From contig MU054132.1 of assembly GCA_013239625.1 (NCBI GenBank), forward strand, positions 620,001 through 684,000: a DNA stretch of 64,000 nucleotides. Direction: 5' to 3'. Within the stretch, counting starts at the first letter, position 1. Each line of letters starts with the position of its first letter. The notes under the pieces are model-generated. The model saw only the letters and a program-made list of their open reading frames with translations. It was not told the origin of the DNA and searched no databases. Positions 53,030 through 63,875 of the stretch are shown in pieces. Made by a program: the position numbers and the translations under genes. The DNA comes from Lama guanicoe. Its lineage: Eukaryota.

Positions 53030-55500
53030 CTCATGTAGGTCTTGTTTTTTTATCCGTTCAGCCACTCTGTGTTTTTTGATTGGAGCATTTAGTCCATTTA
53101 CATTAAAAGTAATTATTGAGAGGTTTGTACTTAATGCATTTAATTCATTGTTTTCTGGTTATTTTGTAGTTCTCTTTGGTTGTTTTCCTCTTTTGATATC
53201 TTCGCTTGTGATTTGATGACTATCTTGAGTGTTATGTTTGGATTCCTTTCTCTTGTGTGTGTGTTTACCTATTATAAATTTTGTTTTGTGATTACCATGA
53301 GGGTCATATGTAACATATATGTATGGTTAGTCTACGGTGATGATCTCTTAAGTTCAAATGCATTCTGACAACCTAAAAATGCAATTTTTACTACCCACCC
53401 CTACACATTTAATGTTTTTTACATCATATTTTACATCTTTTTGTGTGTCTTTTAACTACCTGGCATATATACATGATTTTACTACTTTTATCTTTCAACC
53501 TTCCCACTAGCATTATGAGTGGTTGATCTACTACCTATACTGTATATTTGCCTTTACTAATGAGATTTTTCCTTTCCTAATTTTTATATTTCTTGTTGTG
53601 GTCTTTTCCACTTAGAGAAGTCCTTTTAACATTTCTTATAAAGCCTATTTAGTGGTGCTGAATTCTTTTGGCTTTTGCTTCTCTGTAAAACTGTTTATCT
53701 CGCCTTCATATCTGAATGATAGCCTTGCTGAGTAGCATGGTTGTAGGTTGTTTTCTTTCATCACTTTGAACATATCATGCCACTCCTTCTGGCCTACAAA
53801 GTTTCTGCTGAAAAGTCAGCTCGTAGTCACTTGGAAGTTCCCTTGTGTGTAACTAGTTGCTTTTCCCTTGCAGCTTTTAAAATTCTCTGTCTTTAATTTT
53901 TGCCATTTTAATTATGTGTCTTAGTGTGGACCTCTTTGAGTTCATCTTGTTTGGAAATCTCTGTGCTTTCTTGACCTGGATGTCTGCTTCCTTTCCCTGG
54001 TTAGGGAAGTTTTCAGCTATTATTTCTTCAAGTAAGTTCTCTGACCCTTTCTTTCCCTTTTCTCCTTCTGGACTCCTATAATGTAAATGTTAGCATGCTT
54101 GGTGTTGTCCCAGGAATCTCTTAAACTATTGTCATATTTTAAAATTCTGTTTTTCTTTTTTCTGTCTGGCTTGGATGATTTATCCTACTCTGTCTTCCAG
54201 TTCACTGATTCATCCCTCTGTATCATCTAATCTACTGTTGATCCTTCCAGTGTATTTTTTTATTTCAGTTATTGTAGTCTTCTGCTCTATTTGGTCCTTC
54301 TCTGTATTTTCTAACTCTTTGTTAAACTTCTCACTGTGTTCATCCATTCTTCTCTTAAGTTCATTGAGCACCTTTATGATCATTACCTTGAACTGTTCAT
54401 TGGGTAGATTGCTTATTTTCACTTCACTTTGTTCTTCTACTGGCATTTTGTCTTGATCCTTCATCTGGAACATATTCCTCTGTCTCCTCATTTTGCCTAA
54501 TTTTTTGTAATTATTTCTATTTATTAGGTAGGTTGGTTACGTTTCCCAATCTTGAAGAAGTGGCCTTATGTAGGAGACATCCTATGGGGCCCAGCAGCAC
54601 ACTCCTCTCTGGTCACCAGAGTTGTATGCTCCAGGGGTGCCCCCTGTGTGGGCTATGTGGGCTTTTCTGTTGTGGTTGACGTGACTGCCGTGGCTCTGCT
54701 GGTAGGTGGGGCTGGCCTCTGCTCCCACTGGCTGCCAGGCCCTGCCTTGTGTGGTGGCTACCAGTCTGCTGGTCCTAGAATGGCTGGCTGCATGGCCCAA
54801 GGGGTCTTGGGGCTGGTGCCAGCCCACTGGTGGACAGGTTAGCCCCGGCACGAATAGGCTAGAGGGAGGACTCTAAAATGGTACTTTCCAGTACCAGTGT
54901 TCTCATGGTAGAACAAGCTCCCCAGAATGGTTCCAGCCAGCATCTTTGTCCCCAGAGGGAGTCCCAGTTGCCTCCTGCCTCTCCAGGAGACTCTCCAAGA
55001 TCAGCAAGTAGGTCTGACTCAGTCTCCTTTCAGATTCCTTCCTCTGCACTGGAGCTCGAAGCATGTGAGATTTTGCATGTGCCCCTTAAAAACAGAGTCT
55101 CTGTTCCCTACAGCCCTCCAGCTCTCCTGAATGCAAGCCCTGCTGGCCTTCGAAGCCAGATGTTTTGGGTCAGTTGCCTTTCCAGTGTAGGACCCCCAGA
55201 CTCGCAAGCCTGTTGTTAGGCTCAGACCCCTTGCTTCTTGGGGAATCTTTGCAATTATGGTTATCCCCCTATTTGTGGGTTGCGTACCCAAGGGTGTCGG
55301 TCTTGACTTATGCCACATCTGCAGCCCTCCTACCCCCATCTTGTTGTGGTTCCTTATTTGTATCTTTAGTGTGGAAAATCTTTTCTGCCAGTCTTCAGGT
55401 CATTCTCATAGACAGCTGTTCTGTAAATAGTTGTAATTTTGGTGTGCCCGTGGGAGGAGGTGACATCAGGGTTCTCTTACACCACCATCTTAGCCACACC
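53030..55500 (-). mobile_element. L1 5' portion (5' UTR plus disrupted ORF1)
   Basis: ORF1-like N-terminus in track 54210..54491 (MRRQRNMFQMK...FKVMIIKVLNELKRRMDEHSEKFNKELEN); 5' end ggtgtggctaagatgg. Confidence 0.82.
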
Positions 55501-55682
55501 TGTGTTCTATCTTTAAGTTTTACTATTAAGTGTATTCTGAGACTAAGAAAATGAATTGAGGCACCTTCCATCTTTTTCCTTAATTTTGAATTAAATAACT
55601 ATTAAACATAAATATATAATTTTATGTATATTTTATATAAACTACAAAGTTTAAATAACTTTGGAATTATATATCCTTTAAA

Positions 55683-55825
55683 GCCTCGCTACTCCAAGTG
55701 TGGTTCATGGACCTGGAAGCCAGTTACAAAAACAGATTCCTGGGGCCCAACCCAGGCCTACTGAAATGGAATCTGTATTTTAATAAGACTCTTCAGATGA
55801 CTGTTGTGTACCTTGAGAAACCCCA
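55683..55825. mobile_element. MER5A-like DNA transposon fossil
   Basis: gctactccaagtgtggttcatggacc...cctactgaaatggaatctgtattttaataag. Confidence 0.6.
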
Positions 55826-56900
55826 CTCAAAACACTAGGTAAATCTCAGCTGTGGACCATCTGGTCCTGGGACTCTAATCACTGCTCCAGACTCACCTGA
55901 GAAAATTGATCTTTTCACGTGTTCCCTTTCTGGTCCTGGGTCAGTGCAGAGAAGTCATGTTTAGCTAGGAAATCACTCATTTCCTCCAGGTTTTCACATT
56001 CTCTGTGGTAGAGTTGTAAGTAGTCAGTCGAGAGGCTGAGCCGTATTTGGAGCCTTGGAGCTATCTCTGGGCGCGACAGTGTCAGGACTGTGAGAGTATG
56101 CAGCAGTATGGTCCCCACAGAGCTGGGTCCTATAGGCCCACCTCTCTTGCACGGTGCCGCACAATGGGCCAGTTTCCCCAGACCTTCTGGGATGTGGTAT
56201 TGACCCCCATAGGTGAGCTTTGAGCTTCCTCGGAGAGGGTGCTCAGCCCAGTCTCATAGTCCAGGGCCCAGGCAGCTGGGCCTGACATCCCCCAGAAGAC
56301 CTGGATGAGGCCTGGAAGAACTCTTTGGGGTAGGGGTCTGGCAGAGGAGTGGTATGTGGTGGTGGGCTTGCGGTGCTGGTAGCTTCTGTGGGGCTGCAAG
56401 GGTTTACAGTGGCCTTCTCCAGCTGAACATCATTTCCTCACCATGGGGGAAGGGTCTAGGTTCTCAATTTATCCTGCTCAGCCCAAACCTGCCCCTTTTC
56501 CAACCCCACCCCAGGGTCCTCCCTGCAGCATCCCCCTACCCATCTTGCCTACCAGTGGGTGCTACTCAGGATTTAGGTAGCAAGGGAGTTGGTGTGGACT
56601 GTAGGCAAGTCAACCAACTTTCTTGAGACTTTGTTTTCTCACTAAAAGTTGCAGGTGATGCGTGCATCTTGCAAGGCAGTTCTGAGAACTGAGAGGCTGT
56701 GTGGGACGTGGCATTCATAAGTGATGGCTATTATTGTCAGTAATGGAGAGGAGTTCCTGGGACTATTACTAAAAAGCCCATTTCCCCCAAGGGCTCTACA
56801 CCATGGTCCCTCAAATGAGAGTTTCCTTCAGATATTTCTAGAGCAAAGACTAGTAGGAGCATACCAATGAGGGAAAAAAGGGCATCACCCACTCAACAAT

Positions 56901-57060
56901 TATTTACTGAGCAACTACAGTGTGCCAGGGTCTGTCCTCAGGGCTGGATGTATCCATGACCAAGACCAGAGTTTACTGATTATTTACTGAGCAAGTACAG
57001 TGTGCCAGGGTCTGTCCTCAGGGTTGGATATATCCATGACCAAGACCAGAGTTTACTGAT
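56901..57060. repeat. 80-bp tandem duplication (2 copies, 3 mismatches)
   Basis: 56901-56980 versus 56981-57060. Confidence 0.95.
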
Positions 57061-57485
57061 GGACCTGATGCGGTTGTGAGAGACAGCAGGGAGCCAAACA
57101 CTCGGGCATTTGGATGGATGAAGCTGCCAACAGCTGGGCTAGGGTGGGCTGTAGGAAGGGCAGGGTTTGGAGGGAAGATACCCAGTGTATGACAGCCTTT
57201 GGACATCCATGAGGAGGTGTCCAGGAGGCAATCTGATATGCAAGTCTAGGGTTCTGGCTGGAGGATACGTAAAGGAATGAAAGGTGGTCGAGGAGGCCGG
57301 GGGAAGATTACTCTGTCTTATTGAGCCTTCAGGGTAACCTTCAGATGCCCCCCAACCCCCTGTTTCTCTCCATCATCCTGCCCTGACCTCAAGGAGTCTG
57401 GGTCCTAGGAAGCACAGTGGAACTGTCCCCAGGGCCTGCCTCATTGGTCTCCTCACCCCATGTCCAGCCGGTCCAGCTTTAAGCC

Positions 57486-57535
57486 TTTATTCATTCACAT
57501 ACTCACCTAATCATTTACTTCAGAAACATTTTATT
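57486..57535 (-). terminator. Two candidate AATAAA polyadenylation signals of NGP (57530-57535 and 57486-57491)
   Basis: TTTATT on + at both positions, ~540-580 nt downstream of the stop; GT-rich sequence on - follows the first. Confidence 0.6.
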
Positions 57536-58071
57536 GAATTTCTCTCCTGTGGCTCTCACCAGAGGGTGAACTGACCCCCCTCTTGGAGGTGCCTGGATAT
57601 ATGAATTTAGTTGTCACAGCAGGCAGGGAACAGGGGAGCTCAGTATCCTGCACAGAAGGAACTGCCTTCCCAGCATTCTGGGAGCACCTTGCTGAGAAAC
57701 TCATTCACCAGCCACCTTCAGCTGGCTCAGGAGGGCCCAGCTGTTGAGTAGACACAGTGCTGTGTAGCAGGGGACACAGCAGGTATTGCCACCGAGGTTT
57801 GAGGATTGTGAGTGCACAGATTGTGAGTGCACAGGGAAGGACAGTTCTGCCCAGGGAAGAGCAGAGAGGCTTCCTGGAGGAGGTGACTTTGCAGCTGCGC
57901 CTTGAAGGATGAGTAGGATTTACAGACACAAGATAGGCAGGAATTCCAGGCAAGGTGTACAAATGGGCTCTGCCTCTGCAGGAAAGGGGGTGCTGAGGGC
58001 AGCAGAGGAAGGGGACAGGTGGGAAGAGGAGGTCATGGTGAGAATGCAGGGTCTCCGCTCCTTCTCCAGCC

Positions 58072-58212
58072 CTAGAAATTCCTCAGGATGTTGGCGATGA
58101 TGTCGTACTTGGCTCTCTCGTACTGCTCCCTGACCACCGGTGGCAATTTGGAGCTGTCACTCTCCGGAGTGGCTTCCTCAGGCACCCCAGCAGAACGCCT
58201 CACCCGGGGGAC
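58072..58212 (-). CDS. NGP: NGP-like exon 4 (VPRVRRSAGVPEEATPESDSSKLPPVVREQYERAKYDIIANILRNF*)
   Basis: Acceptor cttctctag|GTC; 141 nt ending in TAG; C-terminus matches recalled mouse NGP ending AKYDIIGNILKNF; not in the ORF track. Confidence 0.92.
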   Translation of the reverse strand, partial: VPRVRRSAGVPEEATPESDSSKLPPVVREQYERAKYDIIANILRNF

Positions 58213-58875
58213 CTAGAGAAGTGATGCTGGATAGTCACTCCCATAATCGTCATCGATTGGCCCCCTTTCCTGTTCTGCCTGTGGCCTCTCTCTCCAGGTG
58301 GGGACCAGACTGAGACACAGGCAGTGACCTTGGAGATGGAGCTGGAGGTGGTCCCAGTCAAGCCCTTCCCCTCAAGGGTCCTGAGGGCCTGGGCAGCCGT
58401 GGGCTCTGCCACTCATTTCCACCCCGGCTGTTCCACTCACTCGCCAGGAAGCTCCACCTCTGGCTTCTGTTTTCCCAAATGTGAGATGGGGAGGAGGGTC
58501 TGTTTCCAGAAGTCGCTCAGGGCCCAGAGTAGAGCTAGTGTCCTGAGAAGGCTGAGTACCCCCAGCCCACCCACTGGATGCCCCTCAGCCCCGACCACCA
58601 GTCTTTTCTCCCTTCCCCTCCCGCCAAATGTCTAGCAGTCAGTCATCAAGGTCCAATCCCGCCTCACACCCCAAAGCCTCCCCCTTCCTGACGACTTGCG
58701 TTGAGAAGGGCTCAATCGGCCTGGTTTCTCAGATGAGGAAACTGAGGCGCCCCGCGCTGAAGTCAGTGGCCCGGATGGTGTCCTCTCGGTCATCGGTGGT
58801 CACCGGGCAGAGCGCCGCCCACGACGGGAACAGACGGGGACAATGTGGGCGGGCTCGGCGGGCGCAGGGGCTCAC

Positions 58876-59025
58876 CTGTACCGCGGTCTCGGCGCCCTCG
58901 CCCTCGCCCTCGCGCTCGCGCTCGCGCTCTCCCTCGTCCTCGCGCTCGCTGTCCTGGGGGCAGTCGACCGACAGGAGGCGGACGTGACGCAGCCTGAAGT
59001 AGTTGCCGGTGCAGTTTCGCTCCTC
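58876..59025 (-). CDS. NGP: NGP-like exon 3 (EERNCTGNYFRLRHVRLLSVDC plus acidic linker)
   Basis: Acceptor ccccgcag|GAG and donor CAG|gtgagc; 150 nt, phase 0 to 0; EERNCTG motif, cathelin cysteines 3 and 4. Confidence 0.92.
58894..58947 (-). repeat. Coding hexanucleotide repeat (GAGNNN)x9 in NGP exon 3
   Basis: On the - strand: GAGCGC GAGGAC GAGGGA (GAGCGC)3 (GAGGGC)3. Confidence 0.95.
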
Positions 59026-59654
59026 CTGCGGGGCAGCGAGCACAGGGGCTGCAGCGGCCCGGCGCCCTCGCCCAGGTCTCCGGGCTCCGGCTCCGAGCCC
59101 GTTGCGGTCCCTCATCCCCCGCCACCAGTCCCTCGGGGGCGGCGATCACTGGGAGGACCCGGCAGGGCTCCGTGAGCGCCCAGGAAAATAAAGGACGTTC
59201 ATGCAAGTTACTAAATGGGAAAAGGCCTCCATCAATTAGCCTCAGAGGAAGCTATGTTTGTTTAAGGCGTGTATGTGTGCATTAAAAAGATACGGAAGAT
59301 GATACACCAACGGTTAATGTCTCTTCCTGAGTAGCGGCGTTGCAGATTTTTGTTTTATTTTCTCCACATTTTGTTAATTTGCTATAATAAAATGTTATTT
59401 TCCTAATTTTAGAAAAGCTATCTCTAGGTGGATTATGGTTCCCCTTTTTTCTTTCACTTTATTTAGTCATTTTTTTTAGCTTTTTTAAAAGGATTGATAA
59501 TAATTTGTAGTGAGAAAAAACAATAAGGAAAAACTTGCTTTTCAAAAAGACTCCCACAATCAAACGTCACTGTGTCAGATGTGGCGAGTGGAGGTAAACA
59601 CAGCCTCAGGGAGGCAGGACAGCGGGACTGGGACCCAAGGGATCGGAGACTCAC

Positions 59655-59759
59655 CCCGCCCTTCCTGAAGGCACATCCTCGGGACTGTCTGCGGAACCAG
59701 GTTGAAAAGCACACGGTCTCTTTAATCCTGAAGTTAAGCGGGATAGTTGTGGTCGTGTT
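59655..59759 (-). CDS. NGP: NGP-like exon 2 (NTTTTIPLNFRIKETVCFSTWFRRQSRGCAFRKGG)
   Basis: Acceptor tgtttctttag|AAC and donor GGG|gtgagt; 105 nt, phase 0 to 0; cathelin motif F-x-IKETxC and two cysteines. Confidence 0.93.
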
Positions 59760-60398
59760 CTAAAGAAACAAGAGAAAACTCATGATTATCTCCCTTTTAC
59801 AGAGGAGAGAGGTCACAATTTCAAGTTGGAAGGGGCTTAGCTGAAGTCAGCACTTTGCACCTAACAAAGGAAGCCTCTTCAAGCAGCCTCAGCAAAGATT
59901 AAGGTGTGCTTTTGGAAACTAGTCGGAGGACATCACTTCATGGCTGTATCGCCTTTCCATCTTTGCCCATCAATTTCCTCTTCTGTGACAAACGAACAGG
60001 AATACATCCTTGCATGTTCAGCTGCCAGGAAAGAGGTAATGGGGTGGGAAGGAGACACTGGAAAGCTCTGTTGAGGCACTGGTGAGACCAGTTCGGTTCC
60101 AGTCTGTCCTTTGAAACAGCTCTGCTTATTCCTTCAAGCCCAGGGCCTCAGTGCAGGCTGGACTACTAGACCCCATATTTCATCCTTGGGCGAAGCCCTG
60201 AATTGACCAGCTAGCCAGCTGTCTGGCCCGAGAGAGATTACAATCTTTCTTACCCTTGTCTTACTTTCCAGTGGAGAAACATTATAATAACAACAACAGG
60301 TAACGTTAACCAAGCACTTTATGCCTGTGCCAGGCATTCTCCCCTGCCTGCTGCCCTCACAGGCAGGTGTTACCACTTCCCCAGCTTCTGACACTCAC

Positions 60399-60578
60399 CA
60401 AAGTAAGCGGCGGCGGAATGGCTTCCAGCAGGCCAAAGAGGCGCTGTCCTCGCCGCCCGTAATTGAAGAACCGCAAAGCCTGGTTTACAATCTCTTCATA
60501 GCTCAGACTGCGCTGGGCCACACAGGCCACGGCTGCCAAGCCTACCACCAGCACCAGTGCCCTCCAAGCCCCTGCCAT
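60399..60578 (-). CDS. NGP: Neutrophilic granule protein / p15-like cathelicidin, exon 1 (signal peptide plus start of cathelin domain)
   Basis: ACGATGG start context; [35 protein letters not shown]...LFGLLEA; donor TTG|gtgagt; 180 nt, phase 0; resembles recalled mouse NGP N-terminus. Confidence 0.92.
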
Positions 60579-60612
60579 CGTCCCCTCTCTGCTCCACTGC
60601 GACTTGCAGCCC

Positions 60613-60770
60613 CTTTTAGATGCTCCTCCAGCCACCTTGCCCAAGGGCTTCTGGCGACATGTAGGGCTGGTGCCTTCCTGAAAGGGGCCTCTCCTTTCCT
60701 GTGCTGGAAACCCATTGTTGACCAACACTCCAAAATATCACTGGCTAAGAGGCAAGTAAGATTAGGCAAC
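60613..60770 (-). promoter_or_regulatory. Putative NGP proximal promoter: TATA-like TCTAAAAG, C/EBP-like and ETS-like motifs
   Basis: TCTAAAAG at 60620-60613 (~40 nt upstream of ATG); TTGCCCAA 60637-60644; ATTAGGCAAC 60761-60770; GGAA cores at 60675-60678 and 60696-60699. Confidence 0.45.
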
Positions 60771-61511
60771 TGGCCAGGGCCTAGGAGTGAAGTGAGGGCC
60801 CTGACCTAGAGGCAAGAGACCTGTGTGATGCTGGGCAAGGCCCTTCACTCTGGCCTCAACATCCCTACCTGTGCCACGAGGAGGCCGCCTCCAGCTCTGA
60901 CAGCCCAGGACTCTGGGCCATCTCTGCCTGGCTGTTCTAGTTTGATTCCAAAACAACTGCCCAATCTGGATGCCTGACTTTGAAAAATCACCAGATCTGA
61001 TAGTCCATGGCTTACAGCCCCTCATGGCAGCAGCCTCTCCAGGAAGAGACTCACTGTCTGCTTCCCCCCACCCCCGGGAAGCTCCCTGCCCACAACGCTG
61101 GGAGGCAGTCCCTGACAGGATCCAGGCAAGGATCCTAGGCAGCTGGGACAGGCAGTCATAGGCAGCAGCTCAGAAGGGGACCAGCAAGGGCCTCACCTTC
61201 CTCCAAGGGCTCCCATTTTCCTTGCACCATCAGTTACAGGAGAGCTGCCTGTTAAGGTCCCAGCTCACCCTTGGCTATGGGGCTCCTGTTCTCCTGAAGG
61301 AGACTCAGAAATTGGGGGGAAAGGACAGCAAATACCGGGTGTTCCCACTGAAGCCCACCAGTGGGGAAATCAAGGCACAGATCAGCTCAGGATACTTCCT
61401 CCAAAAACTAAGGGTGAAGCTGAGCAAGTCAGAGCCAGAAGTGGGGAGAAGAGGCAGAGCAAGAATAGTCCTCCATAGGCCCAACCAGGCCTTGAAGCCC
61501 TATCTCATCTT

Positions 61512-61635
61512 TTTTTGGGGGGGGCAGTTAATTAGGTTTATTCATTAATTTATTTTTAGAGGAGGTACTGGGGATTGAAACCAGGACCTCATGCATGCAA
61601 AGCATGCACTCTACCACTTGAGCTATACCTTCCTC
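61512..61635 (-). mobile_element. Vic-1-type SINE ~0.9 kb upstream of NGP
   Basis: Reverse complement of the same family; TSD CCTATCTCATCTT on both sides. Confidence 0.85.
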
Positions 61636-61945
61636 TCAAGGCCTATCTCATCTTAAAAGCCAGTCAGGCATGGTGTATAATGGTGCAAAACTGGAAACAA
61701 CATTAAGTATGCTTCAAGAGGGGATTGTTAGAGCAGTTGTGGTATGTCCCCCCATGGAATACCACTGCTTACCAGAATACAGGTCCATTTATTGGTGGGT
61801 GATTATGTTCATTATAGGTTCTTAGCTGAAGAATGAGGGTTCTGGTGCAGCTGGTCTCGCGGGAGCTGGTCTGTGTCCATCATAAGGAGTGCGAATAAGG
61901 AAAGATGGTGGGGTGCTCCCTGTGGAGTTCTATGTAGCAGTTAAG

Positions 61946-62280
61946 CAATGATTCTCAACTGGGGAGATTTTGCCACTTGACCCCCAGGACAATTCTCAGT
62001 GTCTGGAGACAGTTTTGATTGTCACAACATGGGAGAGGGCGCAACTGGTATCTCATGGATAGAGGCCAGGGATGCTGCTAAACACGCTACGATGCACAGG
62101 ACAGCTCCCACAACAAAGAATGGCCCAGCCCCTAAAAATGTATATATAGATATGTATACATATATCATTTTGCTGTACACCTGAAACTAACATTGTTAGT
62201 CAACTACACTGCAATTTAAAAAAAAAAGAAAGAATGGTCTAGCCCCAAATGTCAATAGTGCTGGGGTTGAGAAATCCTGA
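61946..62280. mobile_element. MER20-like DNA transposon split by a short L1 3'-end insertion (~62132-62227)
   Basis: ttctcaactgggg...gaggccagggatgctgctaaaca...gttgagaaatcctg; TSD aaagaatgg(c/t)c(c/t)agcccc around the L1 piece. Confidence 0.75.
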
Positions 62281-62405
62281 GATAGAGCAACAGACCAGAT
62301 GAACATACAGCAACCGGATGGATCAATTTTAAACACATGGTGCTTCGTAACAAAGAGAAGCAACAGAATGAGATACGTAACTTAACTCACTCACACTCTC
62401 ACTCC

Positions 62406-62455
62406 CTCTCTCTCTCTCTCTCTATGTGTGTGTGTGTGTGTATATATGTATGTAT
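62406..62455. repeat. Compound (CT)n-(GT)n-(AT)n microsatellite
   Basis: Read directly from the sequence. Confidence 0.9.
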
Positions 62456-62847
62456 TAGAATACATCCTTCAAACTGATAAACATTTACACCCCCAAAGTA
62501 CAGGTAAGAATGACTGATGGTTGAGAGGGTAGGAAATGGGATGGGAAAGAAAATAAAAGCAGAGAGAGAGCTTGCACAGACCAAGGAAGATAACGTGCCA
62601 ATGCAGCCCCCCTTTTAAGGTGTGATTCCTTGTACAGAAAATTGTGCACCAATCAATATCCATAACAATATCACTAGCAAGGTGCCTGAAAAGATGTTCA
62701 CTAAAATGTTAATAATGATTTTCCCTGTTTTTCTCTGTATGGAGGTGGCAAAGGATTTTGACTTTGGTCTTCTGACTTTTATCTCTTGAAAAAAAATTTT
62801 TTTACAGTAAACAACTTTGTTTTAGAAAAATAGTAGAAGTATTTTTT

Positions 62848-63861
62848 TAATTTAAAAAAATTTATTGAAGTATAGTCAGTTATAATGTGGCAATTTCTGG
62901 TGTACAGCATAATGTCCCAGTCATGCATATACATACATACATATATTTGTTTTCATATTCTTTTTCATTAAAGGTTATTACAAGATATTGAATATAGTTC
63001 CCTATGTTATACAGCAGAAGCTTTTTTTAAATCTATTTTTACATATAGTGTCTAACATTTATAAATCTCAAACTCCCAAATTTATTCCTTCCCACTCCCT
63101 TTCCCCTGATAACCATAAGATTATTTACTATGTCTGCAAGTCTGTTTCTGTTCTGTAGATGAGTTCATTAGTGTTCTCTTTTTTCTTTTCTTAGATTTTA
63201 CATATGAGTGATACCATATATTTTTTTCTCTCTCTGGCATACTTCACTTAGAATGACGATCTCTAGGTCCATCCATGTTGCTGCAAATGGCATTATTTTA
63301 TTCTTTTTTATGGCTGAGTAGTATTCCATTGTATAAATATACCACAACATCTTTTTTTTAACATTTTTTATTGAGTTATAGTCATTTTACAATGTTGTGT
63401 CAAATTCCAATGCAGAGCACAATTTTTCAGTTATATATGAACATACATATATTCACTGTCACTTTTTTTTTTATCCAGTCATCTGTCAATGGATGTTTAG
63501 GTTGCTTCCATGTCTTGGCTATTGTGTATAGTGCTGCTGTGAACATTGGGGTGCACGTATCTTTTTGAATTAGAATTCCCTCTGGATATATGCCCAGGAG
63601 TGGGATTGCTGGATCATATCATATTTTTAGTTTTTTGAGGAATCTCCATACTGTTTTCCATAACAGTTGTACCAAACTACATTCCCCCAACCAAACTAGG
63701 AAGGTTCCCTTTTATCACACACCCTCTCTAGCATTTATCATTTGTGGACTTTTGAATGATGACCATTCTTACTAGCATGAAGTGATACTTCATTATTGTT
63801 TTGATTTGCATATCTCTGATAATTAAGGATATTGAGCATTTTTTTCTATGCCTATTGGCAA
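62848..63861 (-). mobile_element. 5'-truncated L1 with a nested ~110-nt L1 3' end (~63352-63470)
   Basis: TSD TAGAAGTATTTTTT at 62834 and 63862; nested piece resembles 12215-12320. Confidence 0.85.
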
Positions 63862-63875
63862 TAGAAGTATTTTTT

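Larger units (their letters stand above)
58740..59185. other. CpG-rich island over NGP exon 3 and flanking introns
   Basis: Visibly very high GC and dense CpG compared with the CpG-depleted remainder of the window. Confidence 0.7.

Noticed and set aside
58843..59175. + strand 110-aa ORF with a hydrophobic LALALALA run resembling a signal or transmembrane segment
   Set aside because: It is the antisense reading of the NGP exon 3 hexamer repeat in GC-rich, stop-poor DNA; there is no independent support
60579..60728. 50-codon N-terminal extension of the NGP exon 1 ORF in the track
   Set aside because: It starts at a non-ATG codon and runs through the presumed promoter; the ATG at 60578 directly precedes a signal peptide
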